From Gammaproteobacteria bacterium (lineage in GTDB: Bacteria > Gemmatimonadota > Gemmatimonadetes > Longimicrobiales > Gaopeijiaceae): a DNA stretch of 64,000 nt. Below the pieces are notes generated by a model that had not been told where the DNA came from, made no database searches, and worked only from the letters and a program-made list of their open reading frames with translations. Shown one piece after another: positions 1 to 7,728 of this stretch. Position 1 is the first letter of the stretch; the number at the start of each line of letters is the position of its first letter. The stretch spans positions 19,765-83,764 of the forward strand of contig JAPPHB010000118.1 in assembly GCA_028821195.1 (NCBI GenBank), given 5' to 3'. The translations under genes and the position numbers were made by a program.

Positions 1-2749
1 CAGGGAGGGGCTGGTGCTGCGGGTCGGCGAAACGCTCCTGCTCTCGCTGGGGTTCGCGCCGGTCGAACTCGAAGGCATCACCGTGACCCGCGAGCGCGAC
101 ATCCTCCTCGACACCGAGGACGTCACCAGTTCGCAGCGTTTTTCGGAGGAAGTCGTGGACGGTCTGCCCTCGAACGGCCGCAACTTCCTCGACTTCACCC
201 TGCTCACGCCAGGCGTGTCCATCTCGCAGGGTCCGGATGGCGACGAGCTCAACGTCAGCGGCCAGCGGGGCATCTTCAACAACTTCATCGTCGACGGGGC
301 CGACTTCAACAACGCCTTTTTCGGCGAGCAGCGGGGCGGCCAGCGACCCGCCTTCACCTTCAATCAGGACGCGATAGAGGAGATGGTGGTGGTGAACCAG
401 GGCGCCACCGCCGAGTTCGGGCGCTCGGCGGGCGGATTCGTGAACGTCGTCACGCGTTCGGGCACCAACGACTTCACCGGCACGGCCCACTACTACGGCC
501 AGTGGGACGCGATCTCGGCCGCACATCCGGAGGCTCGCGGGGGCGGCAAGCCGGAGTTCGGCCGGGGGCAGTTCGGGTTCACGCTGGGCGGACCCATCGT
601 GCGCGACCGGGCGTTCTTCTTCGTCGCCTACGACCAGCAGAGCGCCACGGAGACCAAGCAGCAGCGGCGCGTGGTCGCCAGCGATGCCAATCTGAGCAAG
701 CTGGACAGCTTCCTGAAGTCGCGCTGGCCCGGGCTCTTCGATGACGAATTCGGCCCCATCGAGCGCACCGACGACGCCCGCGCGCTCATCGCCAAGCTGG
801 ACATCAGCGCCGGCGAGCGCCATCAGGCATCCTTCAAGTACAACTACAACTGGTCGGAACAGGTGAACGGCACCTTCGATGTAGATTCGTGGGGGCTCTC
901 GTCGAACGGCATCGAGCGCGACTACTCGCACGCGGTCAATGCCAGCCTGCGTTCGCTGTTGGGCAACACGGTGTCCAACGAGTTTCGCTTCCAGTGGGCC
1001 GGCGAGGGCCGGCCGCGCTGGTACGGGGGACCGCTCATCCCCGGGGCGCGGCTGCCCGGGCCGCCCCAGTTCGCGCGGCTGGGCGGGCGTCCCTTTCCCG
1101 ACATCGGCATGGACTTCGCCGACGGCTTCCGCATCGGCCTGCCCTTCTTCCTGCCCATCGATCCGGGGTACGACACGCGGCTGCAACTGGTCGACAACGT
1201 CTCCTGGCTGTCGGGCGCCCACCTGTTCAAAGGTGGCGTCGAATACAACCGCACCACGGTGGAACAGCAGTTCATCGGCTTCGCCAACAGTCGTTACATA
1301 TTCGATTCCGTCGATGGCTTCATCGGCTTCGCGACCCACGGCAGCGGCTACGTGACCTGCTCGGACGGCTCGGCGAGCACGAGCGGCGCGTGCCCGGGGG
1401 GGAGCTCGGTCACGGGCCCGGTGCTCCTGTACCTCCAGTCGGCGACCGTTCCCGGCGTACCGGCCGACCAGCTCGGCATCCAGTCCATGACCACCCACGA
1501 GCTGGCCTTCTTCCTCCAGGACACCTGGAAGCCGACCGACCGACTGACGCTCAATCTGGGCGTGCGGTGGGAGGGGGCGTGGCATCCCGACGTCTTCATC
1601 CGGCCCGAGGAGGCCTTCTTCGCGCCGTACCTGAGCGACCCCGGGTTCCCGTCGGACGGCACCATCCCGGACGACCTCGACAACGTCCAGCCCCGCTTCG
1701 GGCTCGCGTGGGACGTGGACGGTGGGCGAACCGTCGTGCGGCTCAACGCCGGGGCGTACAACGCGCGCATCCCCGGGCTGGTCTTCGCCCAGTACCGCAC
1801 CACCAACGGAGCCTTCCAGCAGATCCTCTTCCGGAGCAGCGCCGACGCGGCGGTGCTGGGGCCGGTGCCCGCCATCCACGAACAGATCGACGGATCCGCG
1901 GCCACGCCCTTCCTGCCCGACATCCAGGTCGCCGACCGCAACCTGGAGCTGCCGCGCACCTGGTCGTTCGGGGCGGAGGCCACCCGCGCGCTGAGCTCCG
2001 TCGTCACCGCGAGCCTCTCCTGGCAGCACGCGCGCACCGACGGCCTCTTCCGCTTCGTGGATCGAAACGCCGCGGCGCTGGGTTCGCCCTTCGGGATCGG
2101 CACGCATCCGTCTGGCGGCGGCATCAACGCCCTGACGGTAGGCGAATCGAGCGCCCGCTCGCGCTACCACGGGCTGACGCTGGGACTGCGCGGCCAGGAC
2201 GACGCCAGCGGCTTCGCCTACGACATCAACTACACCCTGGGCTTCGACCGCTCCGACGACGACAACGAGCGCGACCCCTTCACCTACCGCTACGCGGACC
2301 CGCGCAAGCTGGACGCCGAGTACGGCTGGTCCGACCGCGACCGGCGCCACCAGCTCAACGGCTACTTCGTTTTCTCGCTTCCGGGCGGCATCAGCGCGTC
2401 GCACATGTTCCGCCTGCTGAGCGCGTCCCCGGTGTCCGCGAAGTGCGCCAGCCCGAGCGAACGCGCCGCCGAGCCCGCCGACCGCATCTGCCCCGACGGC
2501 TCCGTCCTCCAGCGCAACACGCTGCGCCGCGACAACGAGTTCTTCACCTGGGACTTCCGCGTCTCCCGCGAATTCGCGCTGAGCAACGGAATGGTGCTCG
2601 AGCCCGTGTTCGAGGTCTTCAACGCCACCAACCAGGACAACTTCCTCGACGCGGCCCAGGGCTCCCTCCTCTTCAACTTCGACGGCTCCATCAGGAGCGG
2701 CTTGGGCGACACGCGGAGGGCGCAGGTGGGGGTGAGGATGAGGTTCTGA
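1..2749 (+). CDS. TonB-dependent outer-membrane receptor, 5'-truncated by the window edge
   Basis: The frame is open from nt 2, with no stop before the GTG at 14. Plug-like N-part (GITVTRERD...VVDGLPSNGRNFLDF), then a long barrel ending in the aromatic terminus ...VGVRMRF typical of TonB-dependent receptors. Confidence 0.85.
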   Translation, partial: REGLVLRVGETLLLSLGFAPVELEGITVTRERDILLDTEDVTSSQRFSEEVVDGLPSNGRNFLDFTLLTPGVSISQGPDGDELNVSGQRGIFNNFIVDGADFNNAFFGEQRGGQRPAFTFNQDAIEEMVVVNQGATAEFGRSAGGFVNVVTRSGTNDFTGTAHYYGQWDAISAAHPEARGGGKPEFGRGQFGFTLGGPIVRDRAFFFVAYDQQSATETKQQRRVVASDANLSKLDSFLKSRWPGLFDDEFGPIERTDDARALIAKLDISAGERHQASFKYNYNWSEQVNGTFDVDSWGLSSNGIERDYSHAVNASLRSLLGNTVSNEFRFQWAGEGRPRWYGGPLIPGARLPGPPQFARLGGRPFPDIGMDFADGFRIGLPFFLPIDPGYDTRLQLVDNVSWLSGAHLFKGGVEYNRTTVEQQFIGFANSRYIFDSVDGFIGFATHGSGYVTCSDGSASTSGACPGGSSVTGPVLLYLQSATVPGVPADQLGIQSMTTHELAFFLQDTWKPTDRLTLNLGVRWEGAWHPDVFIRPEEAFFAPYLSDPGFPSDGTIPDDLDNVQPRFGLAWDVDGGRTVVRLNAGAYNARIPGLVFAQYRTTNGAFQQILFRSSADAAVLGPVPAIHEQIDGSAATPFLPDIQVADRNLELPRTWSFGAEATRALSSVVTASLSWQHARTDGLFRFVDRNAAALGSPFGIGTHPSGGGINALTVGESSARSRYHGLTLGLRGQDDASGFAYDINYTLGFDRSDDDNERDPFTYRYADPRKLDAEYGWSDRDRRHQLNGYFVFSLPGGISASHMFRLLSASPVSAKCASPSERAAEPADRICPDGSVLQRNTLRRDNEFFTWDFRVSREFALSNGMVLEPVFEVFNATNQDNFLDAAQGSLLFNFDGSIRSGLGDTRRAQVGVRMRF

Positions 2750-2765
2750 TCAGTGCGAGGTTGGA

Positions 2766-4544
2766 TCAGTGCTCCGAGGACTCCTCCATGGCCTCCCGCG
2801 CCGCGGCCTCGATCTCCCATGGGATAGCTGAGTCGCGATAGAGGGCAGCCCCGTTCGACAGGATGGGATCCTTGCCTTTCGCCGGGGCTTGGGGATGAGC
2901 CGTTGGGACCGGCACGCTCGCGAGCGAAGTCTCGGCCGGGGCGCCGGGATGAACCGTTGGGACGGGCGGCAAGCCCGCAACCAAAGTCTCAGCCGGGGCG
3001 CCGGGATGAGCCGTTGGGACCGGCGGCAAGCCCGATCTCTCGCCACCTCGAGCCGCTTTGGGCCTGCTCGGCGCGTCCACGAGCATCCTCCCCCTCGGCG
3101 TGAAGAACAGCACCGTCCCGTCACCGTTCACGGATACCTTCACCCGCCCCTCGTGAACGGCTCGATGATGCCGCCGGCAGAGCAGCAGCGTGTTCCGGAG
3201 GCTCGTTTCGCCCCCGTCGGCCCAGTGCTTCACATGATGGGCCTCGGTAAACGTGCAGCCACACCCCGGAAAGCGGCATCCCCGGTCCCGCTCCTCCAGC
3301 GCCCGACGGATATGCGGCGGAATGGTGCGCGTGCGACGCCCCACGTTCAGCATCGAGCCGTCCTTCGCGTGGACCATCGCGACCACCGCGGCATCGCACG
3401 CCATACGCCGCGACGTCTCCGCGGAAACGCGGATCCCGTCCAGATCCGAACGCCCGGGCTCGCCTTCGGCCGCGAGCGTCGCGGCGTCGCAATGAACCAT
3501 GACCTGGTAGCGCTCGGCCCGGGTGCCGGACCCGACGCGGGCTGACGTGTTCGCCGCATTCTCCGCCTTGGCTCCCGGCGTTTCCGCGGGCGCTCCCCGC
3601 AGGGCTGCATTGGACTCGGTGGTCTGAGCACCATCGAGTTCATCGAGGTCGCGACCCATCGTATTCCCATCGCCATCCGATTCACGGCGCTCGCCACCTC
3701 CGAACCCGGCGGCCAGCGCTCGTTCCGCCAGCAGCCCCACCGCATCCGCCCGGCGCTGCTTCGGCTCGAGGCGCGCATCGGCGGCCTCGCCACTGGCACC
3801 CCTTCCACTTCGCGCCCCTTCTCGGGCATCGTCCTCGGACCGAAACAGCGCATCCGACGCCGCCTCGACCGCCCGCATCAGCACCGCCCCGACCTCCGGC
3901 TCGAGCCGGCCCTTCACCACGTACATCCCGTCGCCGTCCACGAAGACCGAGAAGGTGCGGCTGCGGTGCCGGGCCTGCTCGGCGGTCAGCTCCGCGTCGC
4001 GCGACAGCTTCCTCCACATGCGCACCGTCCGCTCCAGCTTCGCCGCCGAGCCCGCGCGGGCGAACTCGAGCAGCTCCGCCTCGCGCTCGGGAGTCGCAAC
4101 CCGGGTGAGCGCCCGCACCTTGGCGTACGAGATAGTCCCGTGCTTCAGAGCGTCGGCGGTCTGCGGCAGACGCTCCAACGCGCGGGCCGTCCGCACCCGT
4201 TCGCGGGCCGTCCCCATCTTCGTGCCGGTCCTCCAGGCCAGCCATTCGGCGCAGGAGGAGTAGCCGCCGTCCTTCCACCCGCCCCGCCGGTCGAACTCGG
4301 CGATCAGAGTCATCATGCGCGCCTCGGCGGAGTTGATGCGGGCCGCCAGTTCCGCGATGCGCTCGCCCAGCTTGCGGAGTTCGTCGTCGTCACCGTCGCC
4401 CGCGGCGCGACTCGGGGCGTGCTCGGGATCGGAGGGCGCGGGGTTGGCGTCGAGTCGCACACCCGTCGGTTCCCGCACCATCGCGGGCCACGAGGAGGGT
4501 TTCCGGCGAGTGTTGTAGAGAATGTCCGCAGATGGGATCAACAT
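2766..4544 (-). CDS. DUF222 + HNH endonuclease family protein (REP13E12-like), copy A
   Basis: DUF222-like N-region (AELAARINSAEARMMTLIAEFDRRGGW, TISYAKVRALTRV). C-terminal HNH motif CRFPGCGC..EAHHVKHWADGGETSLRNTLLLCRRHHRAVHEG. The ORF is open to 4598, but ATG 4544 behind GAGAGGA aligns with the start of the paralog at 37769/37766. Confidence 0.85.
   Translation of the reverse strand: MLIPSADILYNTRRKPSSWPAMVREPTGVRLDANPAPSDPEHAPSRAAGDGDDDELRKLGERIAELAARINSAEARMMTLIAEFDRRGGWKDGGYSSCAEWLAWRTGTKMGTARERVRTARALERLPQTADALKHGTISYAKVRALTRVATPEREAELLEFARAGSAAKLERTVRMWRKLSRDAELTAEQARHRSRTFSVFVDGDGMYVVKGRLEPEVGAVLMRAVEAASDALFRSEDDAREGARSGRGASGEAADARLEPKQRRADAVGLLAERALAAGFGGGERRESDGDGNTMGRDLDELDGAQTTESNAALRGAPAETPGAKAENAANTSARVGSGTRAERYQVMVHCDAATLAAEGEPGRSDLDGIRVSAETSRRMACDAAVVAMVHAKDGSMLNVGRRTRTIPPHIRRALEERDRGCRFPGCGCTFTEAHHVKHWADGGETSLRNTLLLCRRHHRAVHEGRVKVSVNGDGTVLFFTPRGRMLVDAPSRPKAARGGERSGLPPVPTAHPGAPAETLVAGLPPVPTVHPGAPAETSLASVPVPTAHPQAPAKGKDPILSNGAALYRDSAIPWEIEAAAREAMEESSEH
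2884..3040. repeat. In-frame tandem repeat (units of 54, 57 and about 40 nt) inside HNH copy A
   Basis: Units start at 2884, 2938 and 2995 (ggggcgccgggatga(a/g)ccgttgggac...). They encode GLPPVPT(A/V)HPGAPAET three times. Copy B carries a single unit (DLPPVPSVRPGAPSTRE). Confidence 0.85.
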
Positions 4545-4555
4545 TCCTCTCAACA

Positions 4556-4592
4556 TGAGATCGTACAATGACTTACATACAAATATAACGCC
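4556..4592. promoter_or_regulatory. Conserved AT-rich island upstream of HNH copy A (candidate divergent promoter region)
   Basis: This is the only AT-rich stretch in an otherwise GC-rich 600 bp: tcgtacaatgacttacatacaaatataacgcc. It is conserved at 37781-37816 in locus B. -10-like hexamers occur on both strands (TACGAT toward HNH; TCGTAC-N17-TATAAC toward the motif array). Confidence 0.35.
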
Positions 4593-4753
4593 ACTCAAAT
4601 CGGTCTCTCAGGATGCCCAGTAGTGGCCGAAACGGGGTTGGGAGACCTTCGGAGGAGGCACCCGTCTGCGAATGCCGCCGGCGAGCCCGCCAGCGCCTCT
4701 GGCGGGGTGGCAGGCGCGGGGTCTCGGACTCCGTCGAATCGCGGGCTCCGAAT

Positions 4754-5004
4754 CCGTCAATGGCAGAATGGGACACGCACATGTGAATTCGGGACGCGGC
4801 GGGGGCGGGCAGCTGACCTTTGGCGAACAACCAGCCAGTGGCGCGCGCGACCGCCCGTCAATGGCAGAATCGGCCACCCGAATGTGAATTCGGGACGCGG
4901 GCGCGCGGGTGTCGCCGACCCCTCGACCGGGACTACTGCCCAATACCGACGCGCTCGCCCGTCAATGGCAGAATGGGACGGCCGAATGTGACTTCAGGCC
5001 GTCC
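4754..5004. repeat. Array of three 45-bp bipartite motif copies with unrelated 56- and 59-nt spacers
   Basis: Copies at 4754-4798, 4855-4899 and 4959-5003. Consensus C(C/T)GTCAATGGCAGAAYGGGAC-N6-ATGTGAATTCGGG. The periods of 101 and 104 bp are not multiples of 3, and the motif falls in different reading frames. Confidence 0.9.
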
Positions 5005-5087
5005 TGGTTCCGGCCAGCGGGGAGATGCGAGATCCCGGCGTGTCACCGCGCACCTCCACCCCGTCCTGGCTGGCGACGCGAACCCGG

Positions 5088-5115
5088 TTGACGAGTTGCT
5101 CACAATCAGTACCGT
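5088..5115 (+). promoter_or_regulatory. Candidate sigma70-like promoter of the ba3 oxidase operon
   Basis: TTGACG (5088-5093), 16-nt spacer, TACCGT (5110-5115), about 55 nt upstream of the ATG at 5169. The -10 is weak. Inference only. Confidence 0.2.
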
Positions 5116-5168
5116 AGGGGAGCAGGCCATTCACGCTTCCTGACCCGTCTGCGGGACCCGGAGGATCC

Positions 5169-5375
5169 ATGAGCGACGATCAACTCAATCATCCGGCCGA
5201 CCGACCCGATCCCACGGCCGACCGACCCGATCCCACGGCCGAAGAGTCCGTCGATGTCGGGGGTCACCCCAGAGGGACGCTCGCCATCGTCGGCATCTAC
5301 GGGCTGCTGTTCGTCGTCGGCTGGCTGTTCATCTACTTCGGGGTGTTCCTGCCCCGGGGCCCCCTGACCCAGTGA
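5169..5375 (+). CDS. cbaD: ba3-type cytochrome c oxidase subunit IIa (single-TM peptide) with an extended N-terminus
   Basis: The C-terminal TM segment PRGTLAIVGIYGLLFVVGWLFIYFGVFLPRG resembles the Thermus subunit IIa pattern (KGALAV...F.ARG). It sits directly upstream of subunit II. Confidence 0.7.
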   Translation: MSDDQLNHPADRPDPTADRPDPTAEESVDVGGHPRGTLAIVGIYGLLFVVGWLFIYFGVFLPRGPLTQ

Positions 5376-5407
5376 GGGGCCATGCGCTCTGACCGATTGA
5401 GGGGGCC

Positions 5408-6073
5408 ATGCACGTAAATCTCTACGAGAAGATCTGGATGTACGCCGCGGCGGGGATCATCCTCGTCTTCCTGGCGTCGATGGGCTACACCACGCTCGGG
5501 CGCGCCATGCAGCCGCCCAGCCACATCGAGACCATCGATCCGGCGTCCGTGCGCACCGACCCGGAGTTCGGCAGTCCGGGCGTGACGATCCATGAGGACG
5601 GCACCGCGACGGTCGTGATCCAGGCCTTCATGTTCGCGTTCCTGCCCCTCGAGATCCGGGTGCCGCGGGGAAGGGACGTCACCTTCCGCATGACGAGCCC
5701 CGACGTGATCCACGGGTTCCAGATCGTGCAGACCAACGGCAACACGATGGTCGTGCCGGGCTACGTGAGCCAGTTCACGACCCGGTTCGACCGGGCCGGC
5801 GAGTACCTCATCGTGTGCAACGAGTACTGCGGCGTCGGCCATCACGTGATGTCGGCGACCCTCATCGTCGAGGACATGCCGGCATCGGCCGGAACCGGGG
5901 AAGCGCCGGCCGAGACCGGGGAAACACCGGCCGAGACCGGGGAAGCGTCAGCCGGAGCCGGGGAAACACCGGCCGAGACCGGGGAAGCGCCGGCCGGAAC
6001 CGGGGCGTCCGCCGGAACCGGGGCGTCCACCGAGACCGGGGAATCCGCCGCCGGGACGGAGGGCGACCGATGA
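5408..6073 (+). CDS. cbaB: ba3-type cytochrome c oxidase subunit II (CuA) with a repetitive acidic C-terminal tail
   Basis: One N-terminal TM segment, a cupredoxin domain and the CuA motif HGF...CNEYCGVGHHVM. The stop TGA 6071-6073 overlaps the subunit I ATG (ATGA). Confidence 0.9.
   Translation: MHVNLYEKIWMYAAAGIILVFLASMGYTTLGRAMQPPSHIETIDPASVRTDPEFGSPGVTIHEDGTATVVIQAFMFAFLPLEIRVPRGRDVTFRMTSPDVIHGFQIVQTNGNTMVVPGYVSQFTTRFDRAGEYLIVCNEYCGVGHHVMSATLIVEDMPASAGTGEAPAETGETPAETGEASAGAGETPAETGEAPAGTGASAGTGASTETGESAAGTEGDR
5888..6052. repeat. About eight 21-bp (7-aa) in-frame tandem repeats in the subunit II tail
   Basis: gcc(g/a)ga(a/g)ccggggaa(g/a)c(g/a)ccg units start at 5888, 5909, 5930, 5951 and 5972, then degenerate. 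They encode AETGE(A/T)P-type repeats. Confidence 0.85.
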
Positions 6074-7707
6074 TCGGGGGCGTGAGGGACGGGGGCAGGA
6101 AGCTCGCGCTCGCGAACCTGTGGGTCGCCATCGGCGCCTTCGCGGTGGCGTCCGGGATGGCGTTCATGCAGTCGCTGTCGCGAGCCAACCTCGATCTGCC
6201 GTTCCGGAGCGCGAGCGTCTACTACATGTCGGTGACGGCGCACGGCGTCCTGATGGCGATCGTGTTCACCACGTTCTTCATCATGGGCTTCGGCTACGTG
6301 GTGGCCGAACGCGCGCTGGGCCGGCCCATCGTATTGAAGAAGCTCGCCTGGGCTTCCTGGTGGGTGGCGCTGATCGGCACCGCGATGGCCGTCTGGGCGA
6401 TCCTGTGGGGTGAGGCGTCGGTGCTCTACACCTTCTATCCTCCGCTGATGGCCCATCCCCTGTTCTACATCGGGGCCGCGCTCGTGATCGTCGGCTCGTG
6501 GGGCTGGTGCTGGGTGATGGCGCGCACCTGGATGATCTGGAAGAGGGAGAATCCGGGGGTGCGCACGCCGCTCCCCGTGCACGGCATGCTCGCGACGATC
6601 ATCGTCTGGGTGCTGGCCACCATCGGCGTGGCGGCCGAGGTGCTGATCCTGCTGATTCCGTGGTCGCTGGGCATCGTCGACACCATCGACCCGATGCTGG
6701 CGCGCATCCTTTTCTGGTGGTTCGGCCACCCGCTGGTGTACTTCTGGCTGCTGCCGGCGTACGTCATCTGGTACACCATCACGCCGAGGATCGCGGGCGG
6801 GAAACTGTTCAGCGATCCGCTGGCCCGGCTGGCGTTCGTGCTGTTCATCCTGCTGTCCACGCCGGTGGGCTTTCACCATCAGCTCGTCGACCCCGGCGTG
6901 TCGGCCGGCTGGAAGCTCTTCCACACGTTCAACACGCAGCTGATCCTCTTCCCCAGCTTCGTCACCGCCTTCACCGTCATCGCGTCGTTCGAGGTCGCGG
7001 GCCGCATGAAGGGCGCCAGGGGCCTGCTGAACTGGCTTGAGGAGCTTCCCTGGGGCGATCCCGCGTTCTCAAGCGTCGCGCTGGCCATGCTCATGTTCGC
7101 CGTCGGCGGATTCGGCGGAGCCATCAACGCCGCCTACGGGATGAACGCCATGGTGCACAACACCGCGTGGATCCAGGGACACTTCCACCTGACGGTGGGG
7201 ACCGCGGTCGCGCTGACCTTCATGGGGACGTCGTACTACCTCCTGCCCCGGCTGACGGGCCGCGAACTCGAGCTGTCGCTGCTGGCGCGCATCCAGCCCT
7301 ACCTGTGGTTCGGCGGAATGCTGCTCTTCTCCATCGCCAACCACCTGACGGGGCTCGCCGGCATGCCGCGGCGCGTCTACGACGCCAGCTACGGAGGCAG
7401 CGAGATCGCGCAGCAGTGGGTGGCCGGCACCGGCATCTCGGCGGTCGGCGGCATCCTGCTGTTCATCAGCGCCGCATGCTACGTGGCCGTGATGCTCGGC
7501 ACCGGACTGGCGGGAAGGAGAATCGACCCCGAGCCCATCGAGTTCGCCGAGCCGCTCCAGGGCGAAAACGGCAAGGCCCCCATCCTCGACCGCTTCGGCC
7601 TGTGGTTCATCGTCGCCGCCATCCTCGTCGCCGCGGCCTACGCCTGGCCCATCGCCGAGCACCTGTCGATGGAGCGCTTCGGCTCGCCGGGGTTCCAGCC
7701 GTTCTAG
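6070..7707 (+). CDS. cbaA: ba3-type cytochrome c oxidase subunit I
   Basis: Polytopic heme-copper oxidase pattern (WWFGHPLVYFWLLPAY, HHQ, HNTAWIQGHFHLTV). ATG 6070 forms an ATGA overlap with the subunit II stop. Confidence 0.9.
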   Translation: MIGGVRDGGRKLALANLWVAIGAFAVASGMAFMQSLSRANLDLPFRSASVYYMSVTAHGVLMAIVFTTFFIMGFGYVVAERALGRPIVLKKLAWASWWVALIGTAMAVWAILWGEASVLYTFYPPLMAHPLFYIGAALVIVGSWGWCWVMARTWMIWKRENPGVRTPLPVHGMLATIIVWVLATIGVAAEVLILLIPWSLGIVDTIDPMLARILFWWFGHPLVYFWLLPAYVIWYTITPRIAGGKLFSDPLARLAFVLFILLSTPVGFHHQLVDPGVSAGWKLFHTFNTQLILFPSFVTAFTVIASFEVAGRMKGARGLLNWLEELPWGDPAFSSVALAMLMFAVGGFGGAINAAYGMNAMVHNTAWIQGHFHLTVGTAVALTFMGTSYYLLPRLTGRELELSLLARIQPYLWFGGMLLFSIANHLTGLAGMPRRVYDASYGGSEIAQQWVAGTGISAVGGILLFISAACYVAVMLGTGLAGRRIDPEPIEFAEPLQGENGKAPILDRFGLWFIVAAILVAAAYAWPIAEHLSMERFGSPGFQPF

Positions 7708-7728
7708 TCAATCCGCAGATCGCCCCCC

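Noticed and set aside
4761-4775. Sigma-54 promoter-like TGGCAG inside the motif, and a TTGACG -35-like hexamer on the opposite strand.
   Set aside because: There is no TTGC element at the required spacing after TGGCA. No acceptable -10 hexamer lies 16-18 nt downstream of TTGACG in any of the copies.
4623-4991. Small plus-strand ORFs across the motif arrays (4623-4991, 4672-4887, 4820-5143; 37757-38134, 37953-38321), including a repeated CQWQNGTRxCEF peptide that looks like a Cys motif.
   Set aside because: The peptide similarity simply mirrors DNA motif conservation. At locus A successive motif copies fall in different frames (periods 101 and 104 nt) and the first Cys is lost. The composition is the Arg/Gly/Pro-rich pattern typical of non-coding frames in GC-rich DNA.
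4754-5004. CRISPR array interpretation of the repeat/spacer structures (also at 37978-38103).
   Set aside because: There are only 3 and 2 units. The repeats are 45 bp with a variable central hexamer and imperfect ends. The spacers are unequal (56, 59 and 36 nt), and no cas genes are in the window. The architecture is only loosely CRISPR-like, so I report it as an unclassified repeat array.
5815-6069. The long N-terminal extension of the subunit I ORF (630 aa, starting at 5815).
   Set aside because: The Arg/Gly-rich extension is the subunit II tandem-repeat DNA read in another frame. ATG 6070 gives a normal subunit I N-terminus and an ATGA overlap with the subunit II stop.
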